Source: a virus
Direction: 5' to 3' (one strand)
Virus record (IMG/VR): IMGVR_UViG_3300025949_000019
Location: 33,539-97,538 of that record
DNA length: 64,000 bases
A model generated the notes under the pieces. The model ran no database searches. It had not been told where the DNA came from and saw only the letters and a program-made list of their open reading frames with translations. The position numbers and the translations under genes were made by a program. Positions 7,823-17,991 of the stretch are shown piece after piece. The number at the start of each line of letters is the position of its first letter. Position 1 is the first letter of the stretch.

Positions 7823-10158
7823 TTTCATCGAATAATAAAGTCTCGCTGGTAGCACCGTCTCAGTTGCCAGCATTCGTTCAGGACGATTACCAGACATTCA
7901 TCGCTTTTCTAGAAGCTTATTATGAGTTTTTAGAGCAAGATGGTGGTGTGAACTGGGGTCTAGACAAACTGAATTCAGCTTTTGATGTTGATGCAGCAAT
8001 TGACCAATTCCTAGATCGCTTCAAGGATCAGTATCTAAATGGCTGGCCAGACGATATGCTAGCCGACAAAGCACTTGTCATAAAGAATATTAAGCAGTTT
8101 TATCTTTCTAAGGGAACTGAGAAGTCCATCAAATTTTTATTCAGGGCTCTTTTTGGTGAAGATATTACAATTTTCTACCCAAACAGATCAATCCTGAAGG
8201 TCTCTGATGGAAAGTGGGTTAAGGAACAAGCACTCAGGATTACTGGTAACATCTTGAATATCTATACTGGTGATGGTAATACAGCATCATACATCATATC
8301 AGACACGGTAAATTCAAAGGCTAATTTGCATGTCTTCATCAATGAAACTGAGATTACACAGAACAACTTCACATTGTCAGGTAGAACGGTAACATTGAGC
8401 CAAAATGTAGCAAACAATGACACACTAACAATCGACATTGAGGGTGCAGATTATAACAGGTTCGTCGGTCAACAAATCTTCGGCTCTCTATCGGAAGCAA
8501 CAGCAATCGTAGAAAAATACAAGCAAGTCTTTGACAAGGGACAATTCTATAATGAACTAACTGTTACTGACTTAGCAAAAGCTTTTGTTATTGGTGAGAA
8601 TGCGTATACATTCTTTATAGACGATGAAAATAACATCTCAATCAAAATAGCAGTTCCAATTACATCGTCTGTTATTGACGTTGAAATTGTTTCCGGTGGA
8701 ACCTTCTATAATGTTGGTGACCCTCTTGTCTTCACATCTAATGTTGGTTCTGGTGCGGAAGCCTTCGTGGCTAGCATCTTCCGATCAGGTATCCGATCAT
8801 TAGAAGTCCTTGCGAAAGGTGCTGGATTTGAACCTGGTGTTTTCTTTAACATAACAGGCGGTGGTGGAACTGGTGCTGTTATTCAATTAAATGGTGTCGA
8901 TTCTAGTGGCTTCACACATCCAAACACATACAATGTCACGACTGATATCATTCACACATATGCAAACACACCGATTAATTCAAACACATATGGATTCCCA
9001 GCCTTTGCAAACGCAAACCTAAACACTTTGCTTTCTCAGTCATTCCAATACCAACAATATGGTCTTTGTGGTCCAGTTGATCCTACGCAAGTCCTGATTA
9101 TAACTGAGGGACAAGATTATAGTGCACCACCTACGATTAAGCTACCAGTGCCAATCTTTGAAGTAAACGTAGCAGGAAATACAGCTAACGTTGCAATGAC
9201 AGACTTTGGCATTCTAGGATCATTAAAGATCATAAATGGTGGTTCTGGATATGCAGTAGGTGACGAAGTTATCTTCACAAACCAACCAGGATCATCTGGA
9301 CAGGATGCAGCGGCGGCTGTCACTTCAGTCTCCGCGACGGGTGGTATTGCAAAGATTGATTTTCAACCACCAAGAATAAGCGGAACAGCAAATATATCTG
9401 CTGGTTCTAACGTAGTCTTGGGAATTGGTACTGCATTTTCAAATGCAATAACAGCTAATGCTAAGATCATGATCAACAATGAAAGTCAGATAGTCAAGAC
9501 CGTTGTCAACGCAAATTCAATTATTATCTTCGGCACTTGGGCTAACTCTGCAAACAATAAGAAAATTGGCGTCTATGGGAGGAATTTCATTGGCGGCTCT
9601 GGTTATCACATGGGTGAATTGCCAACTATTTCTCTTTCATCTGTTGGCGGCGTAGATGCAAATGTGGTCTGTGATGCAGTCATTGGTGACGGTGATGATG
9701 TTCGTGTTTCATCCCTACAACCTGTTGGTAAGATAAGGACAATCAAAGTAAGTCAAGGTGGTAGAGGCTATCTTGAACCACCTCTGGTTGACCTAACAAT
9801 GAGCGGTGACGGAACGGCTAATGTCATTGCAGAAATTGCCGGAGGAATGTTCCAATATCCGGGAAGATACAAAAATGAAGACGGTTTGCTGTCTGGCACA
9901 AATAAGATTCATGATCGTGATTTTTACCAATTGTATTCCTATGTCATTCAATCCAAGAATACACTAGACAAGTATGAAAAAATTCTGAAACAACTAGCTC
10001 ACCCTCTTGGTATGAAGCAATTTGCAGAGGTTGAAGTCGGCTTCGCGGAAGTGTCGCCAACCGATTCCACCAACGTATTCTCATACGGTGCTGTAACCGA
10101 AAACAAGTTCTTGAAATTGTCAATTAGCGGCAAGGCTAACACTCATAAGACTCCATAA
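7819..10158 (+). CDS. Baseplate wedge initiator (gp7-like)
   Basis: QLPAFV..F.AFLEAYYEFLE, IKQFYLSKGTEKSIKFLFRALF, and C-terminal D.DFYQ.YSYVI..HPLGMK.F; lies between gp6 and gp8. Confidence 0.8.
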   Translation: MISSNNKVSLVAPSQLPAFVQDDYQTFIAFLEAYYEFLEQDGGVNWGLDKLNSAFDVDAAIDQFLDRFKDQYLNGWPDDMLADKALVIKNIKQFYLSKGTEKSIKFLFRALFGEDITIFYPNRSILKVSDGKWVKEQALRITGNILNIYTGDGNTASYIISDTVNSKANLHVFINETEITQNNFTLSGRTVTLSQNVANNDTLTIDIEGADYNRFVGQQIFGSLSEATAIVEKYKQVFDKGQFYNELTVTDLAKAFVIGENAYTFFIDDENNISIKIAVPITSSVIDVEIVSGGTFYNVGDPLVFTSNVGSGAEAFVASIFRSGIRSLEVLAKGAGFEPGVFFNITGGGGTGAVIQLNGVDSSGFTHPNTYNVTTDIIHTYANTPINSNTYGFPAFANANLNTLLSQSFQYQQYGLCGPVDPTQVLIITEGQDYSAPPTIKLPVPIFEVNVAGNTANVAMTDFGILGSLKIINGGSGYAVGDEVIFTNQPGSSGQDAAAAVTSVSATGGIAKIDFQPPRISGTANISAGSNVVLGIGTAFSNAITANAKIMINNESQIVKTVVNANSIIIFGTWANSANNKKIGVYGRNFIGGSGYHMGELPTISLSSVGGVDANVVCDAVIGDGDDVRVSSLQPVGKIRTIKVSQGGRGYLEPPLVDLTMSGDGTANVIAEIAGGMFQYPGRYKNEDGLLSGTNKIHDRDFYQLYSYVIQSKNTLDKYEKILKQLAHPLGMKQFAEVEVGFAEVSPTDSTNVFSYGAVTENKFLKLSISGKANTHKTP

Positions 10159-10161
10159 ATA
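10154..10161 (+). promoter_or_regulatory. T4-type late promoter (CATAAATA)
   Basis: 7 nt upstream of the gp8 ATG. Confidence 0.65.
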
Positions 10162-10168
10162 AACTGAT

Positions 10169-11500
10169 ATGTCAAACTCAATCTTAACACCAAATTATCG
10201 CTTCACGATTGCATCCGAGTTCTTGGATTCGTTTGCCAGGGAAGACGTTTCTTACTATCTTTTCATCGGAAAAATCCTTCCTTGGGCAAATGAAGCCTCA
10301 CCAAACGTTGGTGATACATCAATTGTAACTCAGAAGGACGCATGGAATTCCATGATTTCAGCAAAGCGCCTTCGCGGTGATTCTGTCAGGCTTGTCATTC
10401 CAAGAACAGCTTGGACGGCCAATGTCATCTATACACCATATGATGATAATAACCCAACATACTACACAAATACTTCAAACAAAATCTATGTTGTTACTGC
10501 TAATAATGAGGTCTATAAGTGTATTGACAATGCAAACACAGCAAATTCTACAATAGAGCCTATTGGTAACAACAATAACAGCGGCTTTGTTAAGATGCAA
10601 GACGGTTACCTCTGGAAATATATGTTCACCGTTGCTTCTGAAGTAAATGATTCTGCATTTGTGACTTCAGATTATATTCCTGTACCATTGACTCAAGTCG
10701 GAACAACAGCCGTCGTTCCGGGGACAATCGACAGAATTATTGTCACCGATCCGGGGTTTGGTTATAATGGCGCAAATGCCGGTATTGATCTAGCAATCGT
10801 GACAATTACCGGAGATGGTTCTGGTGCTACCGCAGTTGCAAACGTGGGCTTAACTGGCAATATTTCATCTGTTACTGTCACTTCCCAAGGAACGGGCTAC
10901 ACATATGCAAATGTGACATTTGCTGGTGGTGTTGGAGCAACAGCAAGAGCAATCATCTCGCCGGTTAATGGACACGGTTTCGCACCAGCAGAGGAATTGA
11001 ACGCAAAGCAAGTCTTGTTGGCTGGGCGTATTGGAAGACCAGATTCGACCGAAGGTGGTACATTTACTATTCAAAATGACTTCAGACAGTTCGGTATAAT
11101 AAAAAATCCATATAAATATAACACTACCGAGATTGCAAACTCAAATTCTGTCAGCCAGACAGTAGATATCACAATCGTAGAAGATAATTCTCCTGATTTT
11201 GCTATCGATGATTTTGTGTTTCAGATTGATGCAAATGGAAGCATCGTTTTCTCTGGGAATGTTGTTGATATTGGCAATCAATCAAACACAGCAATTGTTA
11301 AGGTTACCCAAGCAACTGGTGTGGTTCAAGTAGGAAACCTGATGTTTAACACAAATTCAGTAAAATCTAAGAGGGTTCAATCATTCAGCAATCCTCCACT
11401 AGAACGATATTCTGGACAAGTCTTGTATTTTGAAAATATACTAGCAGTCCAAAGAAACAACAATCAAGCGGAAGTGTTCAAAGTTCTATTTGATTTTTAG
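10169..11500 (+). CDS. gp8: Baseplate wedge protein gp8
   Basis: YLFIGK..PW..E..P, VIPR..W, VYKCIDN, DGYLWKYMFTV, NDFRQFGIIKNP and YSGQVLYFEN motifs. Confidence 0.9.
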   Translation: MSNSILTPNYRFTIASEFLDSFAREDVSYYLFIGKILPWANEASPNVGDTSIVTQKDAWNSMISAKRLRGDSVRLVIPRTAWTANVIYTPYDDNNPTYYTNTSNKIYVVTANNEVYKCIDNANTANSTIEPIGNNNNSGFVKMQDGYLWKYMFTVASEVNDSAFVTSDYIPVPLTQVGTTAVVPGTIDRIIVTDPGFGYNGANAGIDLAIVTITGDGSGATAVANVGLTGNISSVTVTSQGTGYTYANVTFAGGVGATARAIISPVNGHGFAPAEELNAKQVLLAGRIGRPDSTEGGTFTIQNDFRQFGIIKNPYKYNTTEIANSNSVSQTVDITIVEDNSPDFAIDDFVFQIDANGSIVFSGNVVDIGNQSNTAIVKVTQATGVVQVGNLMFNTNSVKSKRVQSFSNPPLERYSGQVLYFENILAVQRNNNQAEVFKVLFDF

Positions 11501-11508
11501 GGAAATAA

Positions 11509-14500
11509 ATGGAAAAAACCAATCTTAATGTTGCACCATATTTTGACGATTTTGATGAATCTAAGAATTTTCATAGAATTCTATTTCGTCCGGGATATGC
11601 AGTTCAAGGTCGTGAGCTAACCCAACTTCAGACAATCCTACAGAATCAGATTGAACGCCTTGGAAATAACATCCTTAAGGATGGTTCGCCCGTTACTGGT
11701 GGACAGACAAACCTCTACACCGATGTTACCTATGTTAAGCTAGAATCAACATTCGGTGGCTTGGTATTAAACGTAGACCAATATGACGGTGCAGAAATTG
11801 TTGACACCGCTGGTCGCGGCGCTAGAGCCAGAATTATTGCAGTTGCACCAGAATCAGCAGACCCACCAACATTCATGATTCGTTATGTCTCCGGCCAGGA
11901 ATTTCTTCCATCGGACACAATCGCGCTTTCGGTTTCTCCATCAGTTGGTATTGCAAAAATTCGTTCTGATTCAGACTCTATTGGTCTCGGCTCTGTTGCT
12001 GCTATTCTCGAAGGTGTATTTTTCGTTCGAGGTTTCTTTGTTCACACTCCACAACAAGTTGTAATTCTAGACAAATATGGTGTCACACCAACATATTCAG
12101 TTGGTCTTGAAATAACAGAATCCATCGTAACAGAACATGATGATGATACTCTGTTAGACCCGGCCTTGGATTCTTCTAACTTCCAAGCACCTGGCGCAGA
12201 TCGTTTCTCTATTACACTAAATTTCAACAAACGAGCACCTAGCTCAATTGATGTTACGGAATTTATTCAATTGATGACAATTGAAAATGGTGTAATAACA
12301 GAATGGGTTAAATATCCAATCTACAATGAAATCGAAAAGACACTAGCAAGAAGAACATACGACCAAGCTGGCAACTATACCGTCCGCGCATTCAGAGCTA
12401 CCGTCTCCGAAGATGATTCAAATAACGCAAACTATATCGTAACCCTAGATGCAGGTAAAGCATATGTCTTTGGTTTTGAATTTGAAACAATCGCACCAAC
12501 AAAGATATCGGTTCCAAAACCAAGAACAAGAACATCGATCAATAACTATGCATTGTCGATGAACTATGGTGATTTTGTTTTTGTTCAAAATGCAAATGGT
12601 TTCTTTGATACATCTCAATTCTCTAGCATTGATCTTCACTGTGTTCCGAGTGGAAACATTGATTTTTCTGTCTCTGCAAACTATGCCAATACAAAGATTG
12701 GTACTGCAAGAATTCGTGATTGGGTTCTAGAATCAACAGGAACAATTTCACTAGCAAACACATACCAATACAGAGCGCATCTATTTGACGTAAACACAAT
12801 TTCTCTAGCTGCAAACTCAGCAGGAACAAACAACACAATCGGCTCTGTTAACCTAGCCTCTGGTTTTTCTTCTGTCTCAAACGCCTATGTTGGCGCAATT
12901 CTGACGGTGACAGCCGGAACATCAGTTGGTGATAGAAGAACAATAACATCATACAACGGTGTGACAAAAATTGCTACTGTAGATGCAAACTTCAGCGTTA
13001 TTCCAGACACAACTTCTGTTATTTCATTAGACTTCCAATTCAAGGACGTTGAATCTCTTGCAATCAGAAATGTGACTGGTGTCAATGCATTTGCTGATAT
13101 TGCGTCATCTTCCAAGGATAGCACAACAACATTTAATGATGCATTTTTGACAGATACCGCATTTGATTCATTGATCTTTGAATTGCCATACCGTTTCGTC
13201 GTAGCGACAGATGCCGCAAATAGCATCACTGGTATTGCAGATGTTTCGTATCAATACCGCAAAGTCTTTACACCAACTCTAACTGCAAACACTGTCATCT
13301 TGAACTTGTCTGGAGCAGAACAATTTATTGGTTCTGCTGGCGTGCAAGGATCATTACAGAAAACTCTAGATTGGTTCATTGAAGTCACAAATCCAGTCAA
13401 TTCAACGTTTGGTAAGGGCGCAGTCGTACCGGTTGGCGATACACCTACTACTATCACATTGACTGGCACCCAGACTGCAAATATCACAATTGCAGGTGGT
13501 GGAAACTCAACAATTGCGGTTGTCGCAATCGTAAACGTAACAAATGGTGGTAGAAAAACAAAAACAAAAGTTCTTGCAAACACAACAACGCTACCAACAT
13601 CATCGGGACAACTTGCATATGACCAGTCTGGTGTTGTCGTGCCAGGTGTCAATGTGTACTCATCAGTTGGTCAAGTTGATTTTGCAAACAACAGCGTTCT
13701 ACCAAAGACACCTGATACTGATCTATCATTGTACATCCCAGACGTTATTTCTTTGGTAAAAGTTGTTCAATCTGCAAATTCATCTACGCCGGTTGCCCTC
13801 GCGGACGTTTCTGATCCAACGAAGGATATAACAACATACTATACTCTAGACACTGGTCAAAAAGATGGCTACTATGGTATGGCGAAGATTCGCCTAAAGT
13901 CTGGATCACCACCACCAACTGGACAAATTCGTGTCTTTGTGAACTACTATGATCACGACCAGAACCAAGGATACTTCTCTGTCGATAGTTATCCAAATGC
14001 AAACAACCAGACTGGTTATGCAGATATTCCACAATACACATCACCATCAGGCAGAGTCTTTTCGCTTCGTGATTGCATCGATTTCAGACCAAGGAAAACA
14101 ATTGGTTTTGCAAATACGTTTACATCACCAACATACATCGCAGCCTCAGAGACTAACTTTACTCTAGACTTTGCATACTATCTTGCAAGAATCGATAACG
14201 TTGTTTTAACCAGAGACAAGCAATTTGACATTGTTCAGGGCATTGATGCGTTAATTCCATCAGCACCAAAACAACGTGACGATGCAATGTTGTTGAATGT
14301 TCTTTCATTGCCACCTTACATCTCTGATGCTGCAAACAGCATTTCGATCAAGAATATCGAAAACAAGCGTTACACAATGAGAGATATCGGTTCTCTAGAG
14401 CAAAGAATTCAAGACTTAGAATACTATACGTCTCTATCGTTGCTAGAACAAGCAACACTAACAAAGACAGACGACACCATCCTAGATGACGCCGGACTAG

Positions 14501-17500
14501 AAAGAACAAAGAACGGTTTTATCGTAGATTCATTTGCAGACTTCTCAGCCGCAGATCACGATTCTATTGATTTTAGAGCATCTATTGATACATTCAATAG
14601 AAGAATGAAGCCAAGCTTCATTTCAGACAACTATGATGTGTTCTTCTATGCAAACGGATCAATTGCTGGTACATACAGCACACGCGGTTCTTTTGTCATG
14701 CTACCATATGATGATAACACATCATTAGTTTACCAAAACCTAGCAAGCAAGATTGAAAATCTAAATCCGTTCAATGTAACAAAATGGGCTGGTTCGGTTG
14801 GTCTTGCACCGCCAAATGATACTTGGATTGACCAACACGTAACTCAGATTGTTACAAATCCAAACGCACAGCTTCCATTGTCAACAACACAAACACTATG
14901 GGAAAACTGGACCTCATTGTACCATGGATATACATGGAGTGCATATTTCCCAGATGCAAAAAGAGCCGCAGTTGCATATGGAGCCTCGTCGATTGGTGTA
15001 AATCCAGACGTTGCAGATAGAATTGGCTTCCCTGTTAATGGTTTCGGTGGTTTGGGTAACGATCCGAACGTTTTTGAATTCTCTATTGGTTACACAACAA
15101 CAGCAATCAGAACAATTCAATACGAAGAAGTAAGGACTGCTCTTGGCACTAGAATCCTGAATACAACTATTATTCCATTTATTCGTTCTAGAGCAGTTAA
15201 TTTCTCGTCTAAGAATGTTCGACCAAGCACAGCATATTATCCATTCTTTGATGGTGTGCCAGTTCTTGACTATGTAAAGAGAGCAAACGTAATCAGATTG
15301 GTTAAGACACCAGTTTCTTCTGGTCAGTTTACAGAGGAAGTTCAGGATACATATGGCTCTCCCGACATGTTGTTTCACTTTGATAACTTCCCACCAGCGA
15401 GCGCAACACAGAAAGGACTTAGTTGCCTATTGACATATGCAGCAAATATTGGTCTAACTGTACCTGTGATAACAACTCAAGGTGTTTCCGATGGTGCAAA
15501 GGCTTCAGCAGTTGTTTATGGTGATGCTGAGATTGCAAACACGACAACAAATGCGATCTACGGTGTTTCGCACCTAGGAAATGGTTTGATTTCTGGTGTA
15601 TGGTTCCAGATTAGCCAGTATGAACATTATTCTGGCAACGTAGTCAGTGCTACATCTTCGACTGTCAGAATTTCAACAAACGCTCATGCTAATGCATATT
15701 TCTTTTCACCATCTATTGGCACAAAGAAATGGTCTGACCTAGCTGCATTCTCATCAGCACAGTGGGCGGCTCTTGGAGATGATGGAGTTGTCAGGATCGT
15801 TGGTGGAACAGGAGCGGGCCAGTCTAGACAAATTCTAAGTTATGCCCTAGCTACAAACACACTTTCTGTCAATACTGCATGGACAACTACTCCAGATTCG
15901 ACTTCGGTCTACTCTATTGGTCTTCCACGTTCCGTAGAAACAGGACATATTGGTGGTGTCTTTAATATTCCAAACACATCTATCATGCAATTTAGAACTG
16001 GTGATAGAGTGTTTAGACTGACAGATTCACCAACAAACAATGATAACCTAGCAACATCTATTGCAATAGGAAAATACTCTGCATCTGGCTCACTGCAGGA
16101 AGTTCAACAAGATGTTCTAGTGACCAGAAGGGTTAAATCTATAACAGATACTACAACACAAGGCGGTATTGTTGCCATTGCAAACGAAGACTTGGTTGCA
16201 TTGACAGACCCATTGGCGCAGAGTTTCATCGTTGATGCAAGAACATATCCAAATGGTGTGTTCTTGAGCAAGCTTCGTTTCTGTTTTGCATCAAAAGATT
16301 TCTTCTTGCCAGTCACACTACAAGTAAGAACAATGGTCAATGGATTCCCAAATTCTAAGGAAGTCATCGACCAAGTTTCATTGAATCCTCAATACGTAAA
16401 AACAACATCGCTGCCGAATTTGAATGATGCAAACAAATACACTGAATTCAAATTCGTGAATCCGATCTTCCTAGCAGCAGGGCAGGAATATGCGTTTGTT
16501 TTGTTGTCTGACAGCAATCAATACAACATCTATGTTTCTGAAGTTGGTGGCATTGATATTGCATCTGGCGCACAGATCACAAAACAGCCAACATTAGGTT
16601 CATTGTTCAAATCTCAAAATTCATCTACTTGGACACCTGTTCAGGAAGAAGACTTGATGTTTGCAATCAATATTTGCAAATTCGACACAACAAAAACAGC
16701 AAACGTCAACTTCAGAATTTCACCATTGGCTGCAAATGCAAACGTAGACGTATTCTATTTCTCGTCTGTTTCTCTATCACCGCCAACTACTGATATTGAT
16801 TTCAAGTTCACATCAGAGTTGATTTCCGGTGGATTGACTGGAAACAAAGCATTCATTCCAAATATAACAACATATTTCGACGATGCTCTAGGTCGTAGAG
16901 TCTTCAAGGCTAACAGCAATACATCATTTACTGTTACAGCAGACATGACAAGCACAAACCAATGGGTTAGCCCTGCAATAGATATTTCTTCTGGTTTGTC
17001 TGTCTTCGGGATTCAGTACCAGATAAACAATGGCGAGTTGTCGAACAACAACATTGTTATCACAAATCAAGGGACTGGATATCTGATTACAGATAACTCA
17101 AACGTTCAGATCACAATCTCTGGCGGTGGTGGTTCTGGTGCGACAGCAAAGGTTAATGCAATCTCTAATGGCGCAATCACAAGTATTGTCTTGACAAATC
17201 CTGGTTCTGGATATTATACAACACCATCTTTGGCTATTAACTTCATTGGTAACACAACAATGAGAGCCGCAAACACAAACGTAGCTGCAACTATCTTGGG
17301 AGAAACATCAACAAGAGGCGGCAATGCACAAGCAAGATATGTCATGAAAAAAGTAAAACTTGCTGATGGATTTGATTCGTCTGACCTGCGTGTCTACCTA
17401 ACTGCATACAAGCCACAAGGTTCGCAAATCTATGTCTATTACAAAGTCCTATCTGCGGAGGACCCAGATGTGTTTGATAACAAGCCATGGACACAAATGA

Positions 17501-17727
17501 CACAACTAGGAAATACTCTAGTTACATCTCCTGCAAAGGATAACATCATTGAGTTCACGTATGCACCTGGAACAAATGGCGATCCATCAAAGGAAATTAT
17601 CTACAATGGTTACAACACATTCAGATATTTCGCAATCAAGGTCGTTTCATTTGCCACGAACTTGACAGATGTTCCTGAGTTTAGAAATATTCGAGTAATC
17701 GCACTTCCATCTGGTAAGGTAATCTAA
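11509..17727 (+). CDS. Large virion structural protein (VrlC/DUF4815-like)
   Basis: NLNVAPYFDDFDE.KNFHRILFRPGYAVQGRELTQLQ, APGADR, LARRTYD.AGNY, NKRYTMRDIG.LE.RI, DPLAQSF and GSLFKSQN motifs; 2072 aa. Confidence 0.85.
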   Translation: MEKTNLNVAPYFDDFDESKNFHRILFRPGYAVQGRELTQLQTILQNQIERLGNNILKDGSPVTGGQTNLYTDVTYVKLESTFGGLVLNVDQYDGAEIVDTAGRGARARIIAVAPESADPPTFMIRYVSGQEFLPSDTIALSVSPSVGIAKIRSDSDSIGLGSVAAILEGVFFVRGFFVHTPQQVVILDKYGVTPTYSVGLEITESIVTEHDDDTLLDPALDSSNFQAPGADRFSITLNFNKRAPSSIDVTEFIQLMTIENGVITEWVKYPIYNEIEKTLARRTYDQAGNYTVRAFRATVSEDDSNNANYIVTLDAGKAYVFGFEFETIAPTKISVPKPRTRTSINNYALSMNYGDFVFVQNANGFFDTSQFSSIDLHCVPSGNIDFSVSANYANTKIGTARIRDWVLESTGTISLANTYQYRAHLFDVNTISLAANSAGTNNTIGSVNLASGFSSVSNAYVGAILTVTAGTSVGDRRTITSYNGVTKIATVDANFSVIPDTTSVISLDFQFKDVESLAIRNVTGVNAFADIASSSKDSTTTFNDAFLTDTAFDSLIFELPYRFVVATDAANSITGIADVSYQYRKVFTPTLTANTVILNLSGAEQFIGSAGVQGSLQKTLDWFIEVTNPVNSTFGKGAVVPVGDTPTTITLTGTQTANITIAGGGNSTIAVVAIVNVTNGGRKTKTKVLANTTTLPTSSGQLAYDQSGVVVPGVNVYSSVGQVDFANNSVLPKTPDTDLSLYIPDVISLVKVVQSANSSTPVALADVSDPTKDITTYYTLDTGQKDGYYGMAKIRLKSGSPPPTGQIRVFVNYYDHDQNQGYFSVDSYPNANNQTGYADIPQYTSPSGRVFSLRDCIDFRPRKTIGFANTFTSPTYIAASETNFTLDFAYYLARIDNVVLTRDKQFDIVQGIDALIPSAPKQRDDAMLLNVLSLPPYISDAANSISIKNIENKRYTMRDIGSLEQRIQDLEYYTSLSLLEQATLTKTDDTILDDAGLERTKNGFIVDSFADFSAADHDSIDFRASIDTFNRRMKPSFISDNYDVFFYANGSIAGTYSTRGSFVMLPYDDNTSLVYQNLASKIENLNPFNVTKWAGSVGLAPPNDTWIDQHVTQIVTNPNAQLPLSTTQTLWENWTSLYHGYTWSAYFPDAKRAAVAYGASSIGVNPDVADRIGFPVNGFGGLGNDPNVFEFSIGYTTTAIRTIQYEEVRTALGTRILNTTIIPFIRSRAVNFSSKNVRPSTAYYPFFDGVPVLDYVKRANVIRLVKTPVSSGQFTEEVQDTYGSPDMLFHFDNFPPASATQKGLSCLLTYAANIGLTVPVITTQGVSDGAKASAVVYGDAEIANTTTNAIYGVSHLGNGLISGVWFQISQYEHYSGNVVSATSSTVRISTNAHANAYFFSPSIGTKKWSDLAAFSSAQWAALGDDGVVRIVGGTGAGQSRQILSYALATNTLSVNTAWTTTPDSTSVYSIGLPRSVETGHIGGVFNIPNTSIMQFRTGDRVFRLTDSPTNNDNLATSIAIGKYSASGSLQEVQQDVLVTRRVKSITDTTTQGGIVAIANEDLVALTDPLAQSFIVDARTYPNGVFLSKLRFCFASKDFFLPVTLQVRTMVNGFPNSKEVIDQVSLNPQYVKTTSLPNLNDANKYTEFKFVNPIFLAAGQEYAFVLLSDSNQYNIYVSEVGGIDIASGAQITKQPTLGSLFKSQNSSTWTPVQEEDLMFAINICKFDTTKTANVNFRISPLAANANVDVFYFSSVSLSPPTTDIDFKFTSELISGGLTGNKAFIPNITTYFDDALGRRVFKANSNTSFTVTADMTSTNQWVSPAIDISSGLSVFGIQYQINNGELSNNNIVITNQGTGYLITDNSNVQITISGGGGSGATAKVNAISNGAITSIVLTNPGSGYYTTPSLAINFIGNTTMRAANTNVAATILGETSTRGGNAQARYVMKKVKLADGFDSSDLRVYLTAYKPQGSQIYVYYKVLSAEDPDVFDNKPWTQMTQLGNTLVTSPAKDNIIEFTYAPGTNGDPSKEIIYNGYNTFRYFAIKVVSFATNLTDVPEFRNIRVIALPSGKVI

Positions 17728-17730
17728 CAT

Positions 17731-17991
17731 ATGTCAAAAAATAATATCGCAAAGATAACGGACGCGCCTGACTACGGTCGTGACATGGAGAGTGGCGCTG
17801 TTATACTTACAAACAAGAAGCCGTTGGATAAATACATGCTAGAAAAACAAAGGCGTCTTGATGACAAAAGAAAAATCAGTTCACTAGAATCTGAGGTAGA
17901 ATCTCTACGAAAAGAAATTGAGGACATTTCTGTTCTAGTTTACGACCTGAAAAAATACTGCGAAGACCATAACAAAGATTTCATTAAATGA
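17731..17991 (+). CDS. Small coiled-coil hypothetical protein
   Basis: RD.ESGAVI.TN motif plus heptads; such a gene typically follows VrlC-like genes. Confidence 0.65.
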   Translation: MSKNNIAKITDAPDYGRDMESGAVILTNKKPLDKYMLEKQRRLDDKRKISSLESEVESLRKEIEDISVLVYDLKKYCEDHNKDFIK